A stretch of DNA of 64,000 nt, from contig JAFGSY010000011.1 of the NCBI GenBank assembly GCA_016934315.1, positions 493 through 64,492 of the forward strand. Reading direction: 5' to 3'. The first letter of the stretch is position 1; the number at the start of each line of letters is the position of its first letter. This DNA is from Candidatus Anaeroferrophillus wilburensis. GTDB lineage: Bacteria; Desulfobacterota; Anaeroferrophillalia; Anaeroferrophillales; Anaeroferrophillaceae. Below the pieces are notes generated by a model. The model made no database searches and was not told where the DNA came from. It saw only the letters and a program-made list of their open reading frames with translations. Positions 18,488 through 30,578 of the stretch are shown here, in pieces. The position numbers were made by a program, and so were the translations under genes.

Positions 18488-21184
18488 TTGATTTTGGGGG
18501 AACAGGTTAAAATAAAGGTTTATGAGCTTTCCAGAGAACTGAATCTCAAGGATGCCGATCTGTTGGAGATTATTGCCAGCCTGGAGATTGGAGCCAGTAG
18601 TAAATTCAGTTCTCTGAAATATGAAGATGTTGAGAAAATCAAGACTTATTACCGTGAGCACCAAGGGCCGGCGGTAGTTGAAAAGCGTATTGCTTCTGGG
18701 GCTGTGCGCCGGCGACGGAAAGCTGCCAAGCCAGCGCCGGTAGAAGTACCTGTTGCCGGTGAAGCTCCGGCTGAAGAGCTGCCAGCGGAAGAAGTCCTGC
18801 CAGAAAGTGCTGCCAAGCAGGCCGCCGAGGAGGTTTCTGTCCCTGAACAGGAGGTTCTTGAACCGGTTGCCGAAGAGGTTGCCGCGGAATCGACAGCTGC
18901 CGAGGAAGAGATTGGCGAGCTTGAAGTTGAGCCTGTGCCGCCGGCAGGGGAAGTCACGGTTGAACCGGAGGTCTCAGCCGCCGATGAGGTGAAACCGGAA
19001 ACTCCTCCCGCACCTGAGGCGGTGGAAAAATCGGCCAAAGGTAAAGCCAAGGGAGCACGGGTTATCGGCCGGATTGACCTTGAAAAACTTGAAAAGAAGA
19101 CTGCCGGTCCGGGGCGCCAGCGACCGGTTCGTGAAGCGGCAAAACCTGCTGCCGGGACACGCCAGCGACCGGCTGCGGCAGCCCCCGATGTCGTGGCGCA
19201 GCCTGAAGTGCCGATTGAGGCCAAAAAAATTGGTCGCAAAGGCAAAAAGAAGGCTGAGGTTGTCGAAGAACAGGCTGTTGACGGGCGCCGGAAGAAGCAA
19301 AGCCTGAAAAAATCGGTGATCAAGGATCTGGACCAGCTGGATGGCGCCGGGATGCGTGGTCGTGGTAGAGGTAAAAAAGCCAAAGGCGGCAAAAAGCTTG
19401 GCCAGCAAACGGAAATTACTACTCCCAAGGAGAGCAAACGGGTTGTCAAGATAACGGATGTGGTGTCTGTCGGTGAACTGGCCAAGCGGCTTGGGGTGAA
19501 AGCTTCTGAGGTTATTGCCAGGTTGATGGGGTTGGGAATCATGACCACCATCAATCAGATGATCGATATTGATACCGCTGAACTGATCGCTTCGGAATAC
19601 GGCCATTCGGTGGAGAATGTTGCTTTTGACGAACAGATTCTGCTGGAACAGGCTCCGGATGAGGAAGGATCGCTGCAGCCGCGTCCGCCGGTGGTTACGG
19701 TCATGGGGCATGTTGACCACGGCAAGACATCGCTGCTGGATGCTATTCGGGAAACCAGTGTTGCGGACCGCGAAGCCGGCGGCATTACCCAGCATATCGG
19801 GGCGTACTCGGTAGAATTGCCGAAGGGGAGGATATCCTTTGTTGATACCCCCGGCCATGAGGCCTTTACGACGATGCGCTCCCGTGGGGCCAGTATTACC
19901 GATATCGTTATTCTTGTTGTGGCTGCCGATGACGGGGTGATGCCCCAAACCATCGAATCGATCAATCACGCCCGGGCGGCGCAAGTGCCGATCATTGTGG
20001 CGGTCAATAAAATTGATAAAGCCAACGCCCAGCCTGATGAAGTGAAACGCCAGTTGAGCGAGCATGGTATTGTTGCTGAGGATTGGGGCGGCGATGCCAT
20101 CTTTGTCGAGGTGTCGGCAAAGAAGCTGACTAATATTGATACGTTGCTGGAAATGGTTCTCCTCCAGGCTGAGATGATGGAATTGAAGGCAAATCCCGAT
20201 AAAGCCGGCAAGGGGGTTGTACTTGAGTCAAGGCTCGATAAAGGGAAGGGTCCTGTGGCTACCGTACTGGTTAAGGAAGGGACCCTGCGAGCCGGTGATT
20301 ATATCGTTGCCGGACTTTACAGTGGCCGGATCCGGGCATTAATTGATGACCGCGGCGTCCCGGTTGATACTGCCGGTCCTTCTATTCCGGTGGAAATTCT
20401 TGGTCTGTCGGGAGTGCCGTCTGCCGGTGATGACTTCAATGTTGTCAAGTCGGAAAAAATTGCCAAGGAGCTGGCTGATAATCGCCAGCATCAGTTCAGG
20501 GAACGGGAAATTTCCAAAACCAGTAAAATATCCCTGGAAGATCTTTTTGAACAGATCCAGGAAGGCGAAGTTGAGAAACTTAACGTTATTGTTAAGGCCG
20601 ACGTCCAGGGGTCCCTTGAAGCGGTTACCGATTCATTGAAAAAACTGTCCACCGATAAGGTTAAGGTTGAACCGCTGCATGCGGCGGTGGGCGGCATCAA
20701 GGAAGCTGACGTCATGCTGGCGTCCGCTTCCAATGCAATTATTATTGGTTTTAATGTGCGTCCTGACATGAAGGCCCAGATGCTGGCCGAGCAGGAACAA
20801 GTTGACCTCAGGATGTATTCCATTATCTATGATCTTATTGATAATGTGAAAAAAGCAATGGAAGGTCTGCTGCAGCCGGAGATTAAAGAGATTCATCTGG
20901 GGCGGGCCGAGGTTAAAGAGGTCTTTTCCATCACCAAGATCGGTACTATTGCCGGTTGCCGGGTAACGGATGGCAAAATAAGCAGAAATGCCGGAGTTCG
21001 TCTGCTCCGTGACGATGTGGTGGTCTACGAAGGCAAGATCAGTTCCTTGAAAAGGTTCAAAGATGACGTTAAGGAAGTGCTGAACGGTTACGAGTGCGGC
21101 ATCGGCATTGAAAAGTATAACGACCTGAAAGTTGGCGATGTGATCGAGGCCTACACCACCGAGGAAGTGGCGGCCACGTTATAA
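18488..21184 (+). CDS. infB: translation initiation factor IF-2
   Basis: TTG start at 18488 preceded by a GAAAGGGG SD-like sequence. Low-complexity Ala/Glu/Pro N-terminal region, G-domain GHVDHGKT...DTPGH...NKID, and C-terminal beta-barrels. Confidence 0.93.
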   Translation: MILGEQVKIKVYELSRELNLKDADLLEIIASLEIGASSKFSSLKYEDVEKIKTYYREHQGPAVVEKRIASGAVRRRRKAAKPAPVEVPVAGEAPAEELPAEEVLPESAAKQAAEEVSVPEQEVLEPVAEEVAAESTAAEEEIGELEVEPVPPAGEVTVEPEVSAADEVKPETPPAPEAVEKSAKGKAKGARVIGRIDLEKLEKKTAGPGRQRPVREAAKPAAGTRQRPAAAAPDVVAQPEVPIEAKKIGRKGKKKAEVVEEQAVDGRRKKQSLKKSVIKDLDQLDGAGMRGRGRGKKAKGGKKLGQQTEITTPKESKRVVKITDVVSVGELAKRLGVKASEVIARLMGLGIMTTINQMIDIDTAELIASEYGHSVENVAFDEQILLEQAPDEEGSLQPRPPVVTVMGHVDHGKTSLLDAIRETSVADREAGGITQHIGAYSVELPKGRISFVDTPGHEAFTTMRSRGASITDIVILVVAADDGVMPQTIESINHARAAQVPIIVAVNKIDKANAQPDEVKRQLSEHGIVAEDWGGDAIFVEVSAKKLTNIDTLLEMVLLQAEMMELKANPDKAGKGVVLESRLDKGKGPVATVLVKEGTLRAGDYIVAGLYSGRIRALIDDRGVPVDTAGPSIPVEILGLSGVPSAGDDFNVVKSEKIAKELADNRQHQFREREISKTSKISLEDLFEQIQEGEVEKLNVIVKADVQGSLEAVTDSLKKLSTDKVKVEPLHAAVGGIKEADVMLASASNAIIIGFNVRPDMKAQMLAEQEQVDLRMYSIIYDLIDNVKKAMEGLLQPEIKEIHLGRAEVKEVFSITKIGTIAGCRVTDGKISRNAGVRLLRDDVVVYEGKISSLKRFKDDVKEVLNGYECGIGIEKYNDLKVGDVIEAYTTEEVAATL

Positions 21185-21246
21185 ATCAACGGTATACGGT
21201 TTGTGGTACGGAGTGTCAGGACAAGCCGTGAATCTTCAGACTGTCT

Positions 21247-21549
21247 GTGCCCATGCATGTCGGTGTCTGCCAGGTAGAGCTCTTCCTGCCTGAGAATCGC
21301 TCCCTGAAGGGGAAAAGGCGGGTGCTTAAATCGCTGATTCAGCGGATCAGAAACACCTTTAATGTGTCGGTGGCTGAAACCGGCGGCCATGATGATTGGC
21401 AACGTTCGGTGCTGGCCCTGACCATAGTCAGCAAAGACCAGGCCTATGTTAACCGGGGGTTGGATAAAATCCTCGATTTTATTGAGGATGCCGGGACGGT
21501 CGTGGTTGGTGACTCTTCCCTGGAAATAGTATCCTTCCACGACTGCTGA
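21247..21549 (+). CDS. DUF503 (YlxP-like) protein
   Basis: About 95 aa, in its conserved position between infB and rbfA. Confidence 0.75.
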   Translation: MPMHVGVCQVELFLPENRSLKGKRRVLKSLIQRIRNTFNVSVAETGGHDDWQRSVLALTIVSKDQAYVNRGLDKILDFIEDAGTVVVGDSSLEIVSFHDC

Positions 21550-21591
21550 CCAGGATTGCTGGCCAGCCTTCATGCTTCTTGAGAAAACGAT

Positions 21592-21933
21592 ATGAGAAAT
21601 CAGACCGTGCGCTGCCGTCGGGTTGCCGATTCTCTGAAAAAAGAGATTTCGTGTATGCTTTTGCAGGAGGTCAAAGACCCGCGGATTTCATTGGTGACGA
21701 TTCTTGATGTTGCCGTCAGCCCCGACTTGAGTTTTGCCCAGGTTTACTACACGCTCCATGGTTCTGATGTCGACAAACGGAAAACCCAGGAGGGGTTGCA
21801 GAGTACCGCTGGTTTTCTGCGCCGCGAACTGGGTCGGCGTCTCCGTTTGAAGCGGATTCCGGAACTGCATTTTCGTTATGATGATACCGTTGATCGCGGT
21901 TTTGAGCTGGAACAGCTGCTGGATAGATTGTAG
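21592..21933 (+). CDS. rbfA: ribosome-binding factor A
   Basis: KH-like RbfA fold, about 113 aa, RVADSLKKEIS...V...VSPDLS..VYY motif. Confidence 0.9.
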   Translation: MRNQTVRCRRVADSLKKEISCMLLQEVKDPRISLVTILDVAVSPDLSFAQVYYTLHGSDVDKRKTQEGLQSTAGFLRRELGRRLRLKRIPELHFRYDDTVDRGFELEQLLDRL

Positions 21934-21992
21934 CAGAGCGGTGCTTGTGCCGGCAGATGTTTCCCGGTACCGTATGATTTTGTTAACGTTTC

Positions 21993-23027
21993 TTGAGGAT
22001 AGTTGTCGTGTCTCTAGATCAACAACAGCTGCAGACAATGATCCGGGTATGCTCCGAGGCCAGGACCGTTCTCATTGCCACCCATGTCAACCCTGATGGT
22101 GATGCGGTTGGTTCGTCGTTGGCTCTTGCCGCCACCCTGCAGAAATTGGACAAGCAGGTTGTTGTCTATGATCCTGATCCGGTGCCCTATATGTTCAGAT
22201 TTTTGCCGGGGGCGGATTTAGTTGTCAATACCTTGCCTGAGCATGAGACGTTTGACCTGCTGATCCTCCTGGACTGCAGTGAACCGGGCCGGGCAGGCAG
22301 GGAGATGGCCTCTTTTTCCGGTTATCGCCGGACAGCCTGTATTGATCACCATATTACCAATGATCATTTTGCCCAGTTCAACCTCATAGACCCCCAGGCA
22401 AGCGCAACGGCTGAGCTGGTGTATGAGGTTGTTGCGGCTCTTGATGCTGATTTTTCCCGTGATGTGGCTGTTAACCTCTATACGGCAATTCTGACGGATA
22501 CCGGATCGTTCCACTATGAGAATGCCGGCCCTCGCTCCTTTGCAGTTGCCGGAAAACTGGTGGCCAAAGGGGTTGATCCCTGGATGGTGGCCCAGCATGT
22601 CTATGAAAGCGAGCCGCTCAACCGCTTGCAGTTGCTGGCCTATACCCTGCAGACGCTGCGCATCTCTGCAAATGGCAAGGCTGCCTGTGTCACGGTAACC
22701 CGGGAGATGTATGCCAAAACCGGGACGAATGCTGAGCATACGGACCGGTTGGTAAATTACCCTCGTTCCATCGATGGGGTGGAAGTGGCTTTCATGCTCA
22801 GGCAGACAGGTGAGCGGTCCTATAAGCTGAGTTTTCGTTCCCGGGGCATGGTGGACGTTGCATCCCTGGCACAGGAGTTTGGCGGTGGCGGCCATAAGAA
22901 TGCCGCCGGCTGCCACCTCGATGGTTCTGCCGATGACATTATTGCCATGGTTTTTGCAAAACTGGATGATCTGCTGGAGGTGACCCGGGGGGCAGGCGGT
23001 TTCGCGGCTGTTTCACCAAAGGCCTGA
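21993..23027 (+). CDS. nrnA: DHH/DHHA1 phosphoesterase (NrnA-like oligoribonuclease/pAp phosphatase)
   Basis: DHH motif region (THVNPDGDAVGS, CIDHH) and a DHHA1 C-terminal GGGH motif. Confidence 0.85.
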   Translation: MRIVVVSLDQQQLQTMIRVCSEARTVLIATHVNPDGDAVGSSLALAATLQKLDKQVVVYDPDPVPYMFRFLPGADLVVNTLPEHETFDLLILLDCSEPGRAGREMASFSGYRRTACIDHHITNDHFAQFNLIDPQASATAELVYEVVAALDADFSRDVAVNLYTAILTDTGSFHYENAGPRSFAVAGKLVAKGVDPWMVAQHVYESEPLNRLQLLAYTLQTLRISANGKAACVTVTREMYAKTGTNAEHTDRLVNYPRSIDGVEVAFMLRQTGERSYKLSFRSRGMVDVASLAQEFGGGGHKNAAGCHLDGSADDIIAMVFAKLDDLLEVTRGAGGFAAVSPKA

Positions 23028-23935
23028 TGGACGGCTTCCTGGTAATTGATAAACCTGCAGGGATGACTTCCCAGGGGGTTGTTTCGCGGGTCAAACGCCT
23101 GCTGTCAGTCCGTAAAGCCGGTCACACTGGGACGTTAGATCCCCTGGCTACGGGGGTTCTGCCCGTTGCTCTTGGTAAGGCAACCAGGCTGATTCCCTTT
23201 CTTGACGAGTCGATCAAGGTGTATCAGGGTGAGATGCAGCTGGGGATCGAAACCGATACCTATGATATCCAGGGTGCCGTTGTTTGTCGGCACAAGGGGC
23301 GGCTGAACTTTTCCCGGGCCGAGATAGAACAGGCTTTCATGTGTTTTACCGGCACCTTTCTCCAGGTGCCGCCGGTCTATTCGGCACTCAAGCACCAGGG
23401 AAGACCTTTGTATGCCCTGGCGCGCAGCGGCAATCCGGTGGTGCCACCACCCCGGGAGATAACGGTTTCCTCCTTTGTGCTGCTGGCAGTTGAGCTGCCG
23501 AACGTGGTGTTCAGGGTCCACTGTGTTCGCGGGACCTATGTTCGTTCTCTGGTTCACGATCTGGGGCATTATCTCGGCTGCGGTGCAACACTGACCGGTC
23601 TTCGCCGTGAACAAAGCGGCCCCTTTACCCTGAATCAGGCAATTGATCTTGAAAGGTTGCAGGATCTAGGTGAGCCGGAGGGATTTCCGGCTATGTTGTC
23701 CATGAGCAGCGTTCTTGGATCCATGCCGTCCGTAACGATTGCCGATCCTGGGCAGCTGGCTTTGGTTAAAACCGGTTCACCCCTGTCGGTACAGGAGGTG
23801 GAACAAAATTTTGAGCAGCCGCCGGGTACTTTCTGCCAGATTCTTGATCCGGTGGGAAGATTGTTGGCCATCGCCTGCCTGGTTCTTGAAGATGATCACC
23901 GTAAACTGCGGATGAAACGGGTTTTTTGGCAATAA
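23027..23935 (+). CDS. truB: tRNA pseudouridine(55) synthase
   Basis: GHTGTLDPLATGVL catalytic Asp motif and a C-terminal PUA-like domain. Confidence 0.92.
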   Translation: MDGFLVIDKPAGMTSQGVVSRVKRLLSVRKAGHTGTLDPLATGVLPVALGKATRLIPFLDESIKVYQGEMQLGIETDTYDIQGAVVCRHKGRLNFSRAEIEQAFMCFTGTFLQVPPVYSALKHQGRPLYALARSGNPVVPPPREITVSSFVLLAVELPNVVFRVHCVRGTYVRSLVHDLGHYLGCGATLTGLRREQSGPFTLNQAIDLERLQDLGEPEGFPAMLSMSSVLGSMPSVTIADPGQLALVKTGSPLSVQEVEQNFEQPPGTFCQILDPVGRLLAIACLVLEDDHRKLRMKRVFWQ

Positions 23936-24028
23936 ATTCTTTACATTACCATGGTCCTGTGGTAGGCAAAAAGTGCATATGTGGCCTTGGTTAGGACAGT
24001 ATTACAGTTTGGAGGAAGAGAAGAGACA

Positions 24029-24298
24029 ATGGTTATGGAAAATGAGCAGAAAAAGACAGTTATTGAAAAGTACAGACTTCATGATAGTGATACCGGATCT
24101 CCTGAGGTTCAGATTGCTTTGTTAAGTGAGAGGATTACCTATCTTACCGAGCATTTCAAAACCCATAAAAAGGATTTCCATTCGCGTCGGGGGCTTTTGA
24201 AGTTGGTCGGCCAGCGCCGTCGCCTGCTTGATTATCTGAAAAAGAAAGAGTTTCAGCGTTATAAGAATGTTATTGGCAGTTTGGGCCTGCGGCGTTAG
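24029..24298 (+). CDS. rpsO: 30S ribosomal protein S15
   Basis: Start trimmed to ATG 24029, which lies after GGAGGA. The 87-89 aa S15 helical core matches (...[40 protein letters not shown]). Confidence 0.92.
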   Translation: MVMENEQKKTVIEKYRLHDSDTGSPEVQIALLSERITYLTEHFKTHKKDFHSRRGLLKLVGQRRRLLDYLKKKEFQRYKNVIGSLGLRR

Positions 24299-24339
24299 GT
24301 CGGGCTTCTGTTGTGACATGTTGGCTGGCAGACAGACGA

Positions 24340-24365
24340 GCAGGGGGATTCCCCTGCTTTTTGTT
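24340..24365 (+). terminator. rpsO terminator/attenuator hairpin in the pnp leader
   Basis: GCAGGGGG-att-CCCCTGC followed by TTTTTGTT. Further leader hairpins precede pnp. Confidence 0.6.
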
Positions 24366-24462
24366 AAATCAAAAAACGCAATTGCAGGAAGGCTTGAGTT
24401 CATTGGAGAACTTCATTGCAGTCCCTTCCTAGCTTGCACAAACGAAAAAAATAGGAATCTGA

Positions 24463-26544
24463 ATGCAGAATTTTTGTCAAATCGAAGTTGAAAAGAGTAG
24501 TGTTACCCTGGAAACGGGAAAAATGGCCAAGCAGGCCAGTGGTGCTGTTGTGGTCAGAGCCGGTGATACGGTTGTTCTGGTGACCGCAGTGGCTGAACGA
24601 AAGGGGCGGGAAGGAATTGACTTCTTCCCTTTGACGGTCGATTACCGTGAAAAGACCTATGCTGCCGGCAAAATACCAGGAGGATTTTTCAAGCGTGAAA
24701 GTCGCCCTTCTGACCGGGAAACATTGACTTCCAGGCTCATTGATCGGCCAATCCGGCCCCTGTTTCCCAAAGGATTTTCTTGCGAAACCCAGGTGATCGC
24801 GACGGTACTTTCTGTTGACGGCCAGCATGATGCTGATGTGTTGGCACTGACGGGGGCTTCAGCAGCTTTGATGATCTCTGATATCCCCTTTGCCGGACCG
24901 GTGGCCGGTGTCCGCGTCGGCCGGATTGATGGTCGGTTGATTGCCAATCCATCCGTCGACCAGATGGCTGAGAGTGATCTGGATCTGGTGATGGCCTGCA
25001 GCCGTGAAGCAGTGGTTATGGTTGAGGGTGGCGCCCATGAACTGGCTGAAGAAATTGTTGTTGAAGCCTTGGAGTTCGGCCATCAGGCCGCTCAACCATT
25101 CCTGCAGGCTCAGCAACAGATGGCGGCAAAGGTTGGTCGGCAGAAACGCCAAGTGGTGGCCCCCCAGCTCAATGAGCAGGTGTCCGCGCTGGTGCAGGGT
25201 GACTATGGTCCACGTTTTTCAGAAGGACTTGCCATCAATGATAAACTGGAGCGCCGGGATTATTTCAGTGATTTGAAAGGTGAGATCGCTGAAAAACTGG
25301 GTGCCCTGGAGATTCCGGTAAATGATTTGGGGGAAATCTTTGAACATCAGTTGGCGGCTGCCATCAGAAAGCAGATCCATCGGCAGGGGGTCAGGATTGG
25401 TGGGCGGTCCGTCGATGAAGTAAGACAAATTACCACCGAGGTGGGGCTGCTGCCCCGGGTCCACGGTTCAGCCCTCTTCACCCGCGGTGAAACCCAGGCA
25501 CTGGTTACGGTGACTCTGGGAACATCGTCGGATGAGCAGCGGATAGATGCCCTTTTGGGGGAGAGTTTCAAGCGGTTTATGCTGCATTATAATTTCCCTC
25601 CTTACAGTGTCGGTGAAGCCCGTTTCCTCCGTGGTCCCGGGCGGCGGGAAATCGGCCATGGGACGCTGGCCGAGCGGGCCTTGACGCCGGTTCTTCCCGC
25701 TGCCGAGCAGTTCCCCTATACCATCCGTGTTGTTTCCGAGGTGCTGGAATCAAACGGTTCATCGTCCATGGCAACCGTTTGTGGCGGTTCCCTGTCGCTG
25801 ATGGATGGCGGTGTTCCCATCAAGGCGCCGGTAGCCGGTATTGCCATGGGTCTGGTTAAAGAAGGGGATGATTTTATCGTTCTCACTGATATCCTTGGTG
25901 ATGAAGATCATGTTGGTGACATGGATTTCAAGGTGGCAGGTACCCGGGAAGGGATAACGGCCATCCAGATGGATATAAAAGTTACCGGTATCAGTCAGGA
26001 GATTATGAAAAAAGCTCTCAGCCAAGCCAGGGAAGGAAGATTGAAGATCCTTGGGGTGATGGAGCAGAGCCTGGCTGAGTCCCGGGCTGATATCTCTACC
26101 TATGCCCCCCGCATCCTGACAATTACGGTTCATCAGGATAAAATCCGTGACGTCATCGGGCCGGGAGGCAAGAATATCAGGGCGATTGTTGAAAAAACCG
26201 GAGCCAAGATTGATATCGAGGATAGCGGCGAGATCAAGATTGCTTCCGCCGATGAAAAAGCATCAGCAATGGCCATTGCCATGATTCGTGACCTGACCCA
26301 GGAGGCTGAAGTAGGTAAAATCTATCTGGGGAAAGTCCAGAAAATTATGGATTTTGGCGCCTTTGTTGAAATTTTCCCAGGAACTGACGGGCTGGTGCAT
26401 ATTTCCCAACTGGCTCACGAACGGGTCCGTGATGTGCGGGATATTCTCAAGGAAGGCGACGAGGTACTGGTGAAGGTGCTGGAAATTGATCGCCAGGGAA
26501 AAATCAAGCTTTCCCGTAAGGATGCTCTGGACAGCCAGGCATAA
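24463..26544 (+). CDS. pnp: polyribonucleotide nucleotidyltransferase (PNPase)
   Basis: Two RNase PH domains followed by KH and S1 domains, about 693 aa. Confidence 0.95.
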   Translation: MQNFCQIEVEKSSVTLETGKMAKQASGAVVVRAGDTVVLVTAVAERKGREGIDFFPLTVDYREKTYAAGKIPGGFFKRESRPSDRETLTSRLIDRPIRPLFPKGFSCETQVIATVLSVDGQHDADVLALTGASAALMISDIPFAGPVAGVRVGRIDGRLIANPSVDQMAESDLDLVMACSREAVVMVEGGAHELAEEIVVEALEFGHQAAQPFLQAQQQMAAKVGRQKRQVVAPQLNEQVSALVQGDYGPRFSEGLAINDKLERRDYFSDLKGEIAEKLGALEIPVNDLGEIFEHQLAAAIRKQIHRQGVRIGGRSVDEVRQITTEVGLLPRVHGSALFTRGETQALVTVTLGTSSDEQRIDALLGESFKRFMLHYNFPPYSVGEARFLRGPGRREIGHGTLAERALTPVLPAAEQFPYTIRVVSEVLESNGSSSMATVCGGSLSLMDGGVPIKAPVAGIAMGLVKEGDDFIVLTDILGDEDHVGDMDFKVAGTREGITAIQMDIKVTGISQEIMKKALSQAREGRLKILGVMEQSLAESRADISTYAPRILTITVHQDKIRDVIGPGGKNIRAIVEKTGAKIDIEDSGEIKIASADEKASAMAIAMIRDLTQEAEVGKIYLGKVQKIMDFGAFVEIFPGTDGLVHISQLAHERVRDVRDILKEGDEVLVKVLEIDRQGKIKLSRKDALDSQA

Positions 26545-26583
26545 GCTAGGTGCTGTTAAAGGATATGTGTCGGTGACGTAAAA

Positions 26584-26612
26584 GGCGGGGGTATCACCCC
26601 CGCTTTTTTTTG
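26584..26612 (+). terminator. Rho-independent terminator after pnp
   Basis: GGCGGGGG-tatca-CCCCCGC followed by a T9 run. Confidence 0.85.
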
Positions 26613-26799
26613 TGGCGGCCGCCATTGATGCCGCTTTACAAAATTTCAGCTGATGACTATACTGAAAAGTGATTGTACGATGGAAACACTGCTGTATGCG
26701 GGGTTTGATCAAGGTTGTTGGCAAGCGAACTCTATGGATTGGTTGATGGTCTGCAGATTGTCCATGGAGACTGATAGCGGGTGAGGAAAGGATTGTTCT

Positions 26800-27717
26800 G
26801 TGGCTGGAAAAGATTACTATGCCGTACTTGGCGTCGATAAAAAGGCTTCTGAAGAGGAGATTAAAAAGGCATTTCGCCGGTTAGCCCGCAAATATCATCC
26901 TGATATGAATAAAGATGATGCTGAATCGGAAAAGAAGTTCAAGGAGATTAATGAGGCCTATGAGGTTCTGGGAGATCAGCAGAAACGTAAAGAATATGAT
27001 ATGTATGGTGCTACCTTCCAGCAGCCCGGAGGCTTTCATGGCCATCCGGGAGCTGGTGATTTTGGCTTTGATCTCAATGACCTCTTTGGCGGCCGTGCGG
27101 GTGGTCGATCACGTACCTTTACCCCCGGAGGCGGTGACTTTTCCCATGTTTTTTCCGACCTCTTTGGCGGTTCCGGTGGCGGTGGTTTCCAGCAGGGACC
27201 GCACAAGGGCCATGATATCAGCTATGAAGTGGAAATCAGCTTTGCAGATGCGGTTCATGGGACAGAACTTGTTCTGCAGATTAATAACCGCAAAGTAACG
27301 GTGCGCATTCCCCCTGGGATCAGCAACAACGGGAAATTGCGGGTTAAGGGCAAAGGCCAGCCGGGAATCCACGGCGGCCCTCCGGGGGACCTGTTGCTGC
27401 GCGTTAAGGTGCTGCCCCATGAAATTTTTGCCATGAATGGTTACAACCTCCATTGTCAAGTGAAAATCCCAGTGACCTTGGCGATGCTTGGCGGCCGGGT
27501 TGATGTTCCCACCTTTGATGGTAAGGCGGTGCTTAGCCTGCCGCCCGGAACTCAATCGGGTCAGAAATTTCGCCTGCAGGGTAAGGGGGTAAAAAAAGGC
27601 AAGTCCGGTGCCCATGGTGATGAGATCGTCGAGATTGAGGTCCAGATTCCCAAAAAACTTACGCCTGAGGCCAGGAAACTGGTTGAACAGTTGGCAGCGG
27701 CCATCTCCGCCGCCTGA
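26800..27717 (+). CDS. DnaJ-class co-chaperone, CbpA-like (J-domain, G/F region, no Zn-finger)
   Basis: J-domain with HPD (KYHPDMN), a Gly/Phe-rich linker, two C-terminal beta-sandwich domains, and no CxxCxGxG repeats. Confidence 0.85.
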   Translation: MAGKDYYAVLGVDKKASEEEIKKAFRRLARKYHPDMNKDDAESEKKFKEINEAYEVLGDQQKRKEYDMYGATFQQPGGFHGHPGAGDFGFDLNDLFGGRAGGRSRTFTPGGGDFSHVFSDLFGGSGGGGFQQGPHKGHDISYEVEISFADAVHGTELVLQINNRKVTVRIPPGISNNGKLRVKGKGQPGIHGGPPGDLLLRVKVLPHEIFAMNGYNLHCQVKIPVTLAMLGGRVDVPTFDGKAVLSLPPGTQSGQKFRLQGKGVKKGKSGAHGDEIVEIEVQIPKKLTPEARKLVEQLAAAISAA

Positions 27718-27750
27718 TGGCCGGCAGCATCCGGAACTGGTGTCTGACCG

Positions 27751-30267
27751 GTGAAGAGTTTTGCTTTCCGACCTCTGGTCCTACCCTTTTTGCAGATGTT
27801 GGCGGCGGTTGCCTGGCCGGTGCTGCTGCCGGCGGGCTGGCTTTATCCTTTGTTTGCCGTCTTAGCTGCCTGGATTTACTATCGATTAAGTCGATACTAT
27901 AACCCCCAGGCCGAAATTCGAAAAACGGTTGTTTTTTCCTTCCTATTTTTTTCCACCCTGCTTTCCTCTCTCGTTGCTCTGCGGGTGGCAGCAAGAGTTT
28001 CCTCCTTTTCTGTCCGGCAGGAAGCAATGCCGTCAGCCCCATCAGAGAAAACTTTTTTAACGGTAGTAATTACCGGCTTCCCGGAAGGGTATTATGATTC
28101 CTGGATGGTGCCGGCAGCCATGGTCGGTGAAGCTGGCCATGCTGCTGGCGGGGATTCTGCCGGGGGGGTGAAGCTTTTGCTGCGCCTGCCGGCTGCTTCC
28201 TATGACGACCCTCGTCTGCCGCTTGTTGGTGATCTGGTGCGCCTTGAAGCGTCGTATCGTTCTTACCGCCCGCCAAAACATCCATTTCTGGCATTCCGGG
28301 CCTATCAATGGATGGCGAGTGACCGGCGTGTCTTTGTCCGGGTGGATGATTGGTCCGGTAGTGCTGTTATTGCAGAACGTTCTACCGGCAGTTGGTTGCG
28401 GCCCGTCGATCGGTTGCGCCGCTGGATATACGGTAAGGTCGCTTCAAGAGCCGCGCCGGAACATGTCATGGGTATCGTACAGGCCATGCTGCTGGGTACC
28501 AGGGATAAACTGACTCCGGAGATAAAAGATCTGTTTCTTGATCTTGGTGCCTACCATTTGTTTGCCATCTCCGGTTTGCACGTCGGCATTGTGGTTGCTT
28601 TTCTTTTTGCCGTTTCCTGCCAGCTTTTCAACCGCCTGTTCCCGTGCCTTTTTGTTGCCGGCCCGCGCAAGGTTGCCGCCGGCATTGCCTTGCTGAGCTG
28701 CTGGTTCTATGTTCTGATCACCGGTATGCACCTGCCGGCGGTGAGGGCTGGGATCATGGCCAGTGTTTTTCTCCTGTCGATCATGGTGGATGCGGCTGAT
28801 GACCCATTCAGCTCTCTGCTGGCAGCAGTGATCATTATTCTCGCTCTCTGGCCTCAAGCTCTCTTTCAACTCTCGTTTCAGTTGTCGGTGGCTGCGGTTG
28901 CGGCAATCCTGTTGGCGTTAACGGTCTATTATCGGACAGCGGCCGGCTGGTTGACACTGGCAGCAGATAAGGGAGGGTGGGGAACGTGGCTGTCTGCGGG
29001 CACCACCTGGACTGCATTGATCCTGGTTATCGGCTTGGCAGCCTGGCTGGCCACCGGGCCACTGCTGCTCAACCGGGTCCATTTTCTGACACCTTTTTCC
29101 TTGGTCAGCAGCCTGATACTGGTTCCTGTTTTCTCCTGTCTTATTCTCCCCCTGGGGTTTGTAACCCTGCTGTTGTTGCCATTGCCGTTGCTGGGCACCG
29201 CTTGCCTTGGGCTTTTGACTATGGTGACCGGAATAATGATCAATGGCTGTCAGTGGGTCCATTCCCTGCTGCCTGGTCTCCGCTGGTATGCTGCTTCTTT
29301 TACTGCCGTTGAACTGATACTCTACTATGCTTTCTGGCTCATCGTCGGGATGCTGTGTTGTCGTCGTAAAAAAGTTGTTCCCCTGCTGCTGCTCGCTCTC
29401 CTGATGTTTGTCATGATGGTGGATGGTATTGTCTGGTATGATCGTCGCTTCCAACGGGATCATATCGCTATTTCAGCTTTTGTCGGCGGTTTTTCCCAGG
29501 CAATGATTGTTGAAATGCCAACGGGGGAGGTGCTGCTGGTTAATGGCGGCAGTTTTGCCAACCAGGATTTTTCCATGGTGGAATCAATTATTGCCCCTTT
29601 CTGCTGGTCACGCAAAATTGGTCATATTGATGTTCTGATATTGACCAACCCTCAACGTGGGGCGGTGGCCGGGCTTGATTTTATGATTGAACATTTCGGT
29701 GTCAGGGAAATCTGGTACAACGGCCTGTGGACCGGCTACCCGCCTTTTCGTGACTTTTATGCCAGGAGCAAAGAAAAAGGGGTCCGTTGGCGGAAGTTGA
29801 CCGACTTTTCCCGAGCCTGGATATTCAACCGGGTAACCCTGAAGGCGGTGGCTCCCCCGGCTAACGATATTCAGCTGCTAGCGCCCTGGCGGACGTTTCT
29901 TGATGAGATGGCTTTATCCATGACCATACAATTTGGCGACTGCCAGGCATTGATATGGGGTGGATCGCCGACCGGGCTGCAGCGCTACGGTGTCCCGGAA
30001 GGGCAAGGTCAGCTTGATCTCCTATTTTGCATTCAGTCTCAGCCTGCTTCGGTGCCGATGGACGCTCAAGCACCGATGGTTGTGGTTCTCCCCAGCGTGT
30101 TCGCCGGCGGTAACGTTGACAAGTGGCCGAAAGGATCGCTTGTCTGGCAGACCAGGTCAGACGGTTTTATTGAGTGTCATCTGTTTGCTGACGGCAAAAT
30201 CCGTATCAATAAAAAGACGTCCTTCTCCCAGGTGTCCCCATCCAGACATACGCCGGCTGCTAGGTAA
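27751..30267 (+). CDS. comEC: DNA internalization competence protein ComEC/Rec2
   Basis: N-terminal TM segments, the competence core (FAISGLHVGIV) and a C-terminal metallo-beta-lactamase-like domain. Confidence 0.85.
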   Translation: MKSFAFRPLVLPFLQMLAAVAWPVLLPAGWLYPLFAVLAAWIYYRLSRYYNPQAEIRKTVVFSFLFFSTLLSSLVALRVAARVSSFSVRQEAMPSAPSEKTFLTVVITGFPEGYYDSWMVPAAMVGEAGHAAGGDSAGGVKLLLRLPAASYDDPRLPLVGDLVRLEASYRSYRPPKHPFLAFRAYQWMASDRRVFVRVDDWSGSAVIAERSTGSWLRPVDRLRRWIYGKVASRAAPEHVMGIVQAMLLGTRDKLTPEIKDLFLDLGAYHLFAISGLHVGIVVAFLFAVSCQLFNRLFPCLFVAGPRKVAAGIALLSCWFYVLITGMHLPAVRAGIMASVFLLSIMVDAADDPFSSLLAAVIIILALWPQALFQLSFQLSVAAVAAILLALTVYYRTAAGWLTLAADKGGWGTWLSAGTTWTALILVIGLAAWLATGPLLLNRVHFLTPFSLVSSLILVPVFSCLILPLGFVTLLLLPLPLLGTACLGLLTMVTGIMINGCQWVHSLLPGLRWYAASFTAVELILYYAFWLIVGMLCCRRKKVVPLLLLALLMFVMMVDGIVWYDRRFQRDHIAISAFVGGFSQAMIVEMPTGEVLLVNGGSFANQDFSMVESIIAPFCWSRKIGHIDVLILTNPQRGAVAGLDFMIEHFGVREIWYNGLWTGYPPFRDFYARSKEKGVRWRKLTDFSRAWIFNRVTLKAVAPPANDIQLLAPWRTFLDEMALSMTIQFGDCQALIWGGSPTGLQRYGVPEGQGQLDLLFCIQSQPASVPMDAQAPMVVVLPSVFAGGNVDKWPKGSLVWQTRSDGFIECHLFADGKIRINKKTSFSQVSPSRHTPAAR

Positions 30268-30578
30268 ATTTTTCCTATTGCTAATTCCGGGGTCCTGCGT
30301 TATCAACAAAGATCAGCGAATAAAGAGGGCTGCTGCTCGATCATTAAATGGCCCAAAGACAAGAACCTGGTTGACTGATTCTCACTTCCTGGAGCTGCCA
30401 AGGTTCATGTTCTGAGCGGCTTTGGGTGTCTGGAGGACATCTCGGAGTCGGCTGCAAGTGGCCGGTAAGAACGAGCGGGAATCTGAACTCTGGTGCTTGC
30501 CGGCCCTGGCATTCCTCAACGGAGAAAAAAGTTGCTTGATACGATAAAGACGTTCATGAAAGATCGAAATGATGGAGA

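Noticed and set aside
18700-19400. Ala/Glu/Pro/Lys-rich repetitive stretch in infB
   Set aside because: This is the known variable low-complexity N-terminal region of IF-2, not a separate element.
18649-20065. Long antisense ORFs (301 and 363 aa) inside infB
   Set aside because: They lie opposite a highly conserved IF-2 coding frame. Their composition is low-complexity, Ser/Ala/Arg-rich, typical of GC-rich antisense frames.
30268-30578. Possible T-box or other riboswitch in the 310-nt hisS leader
   Set aside because: No AGGGUGGNACCGCG-like T-box core or specifier-loop arrangement is recognisable. Only generic hairpins are present.
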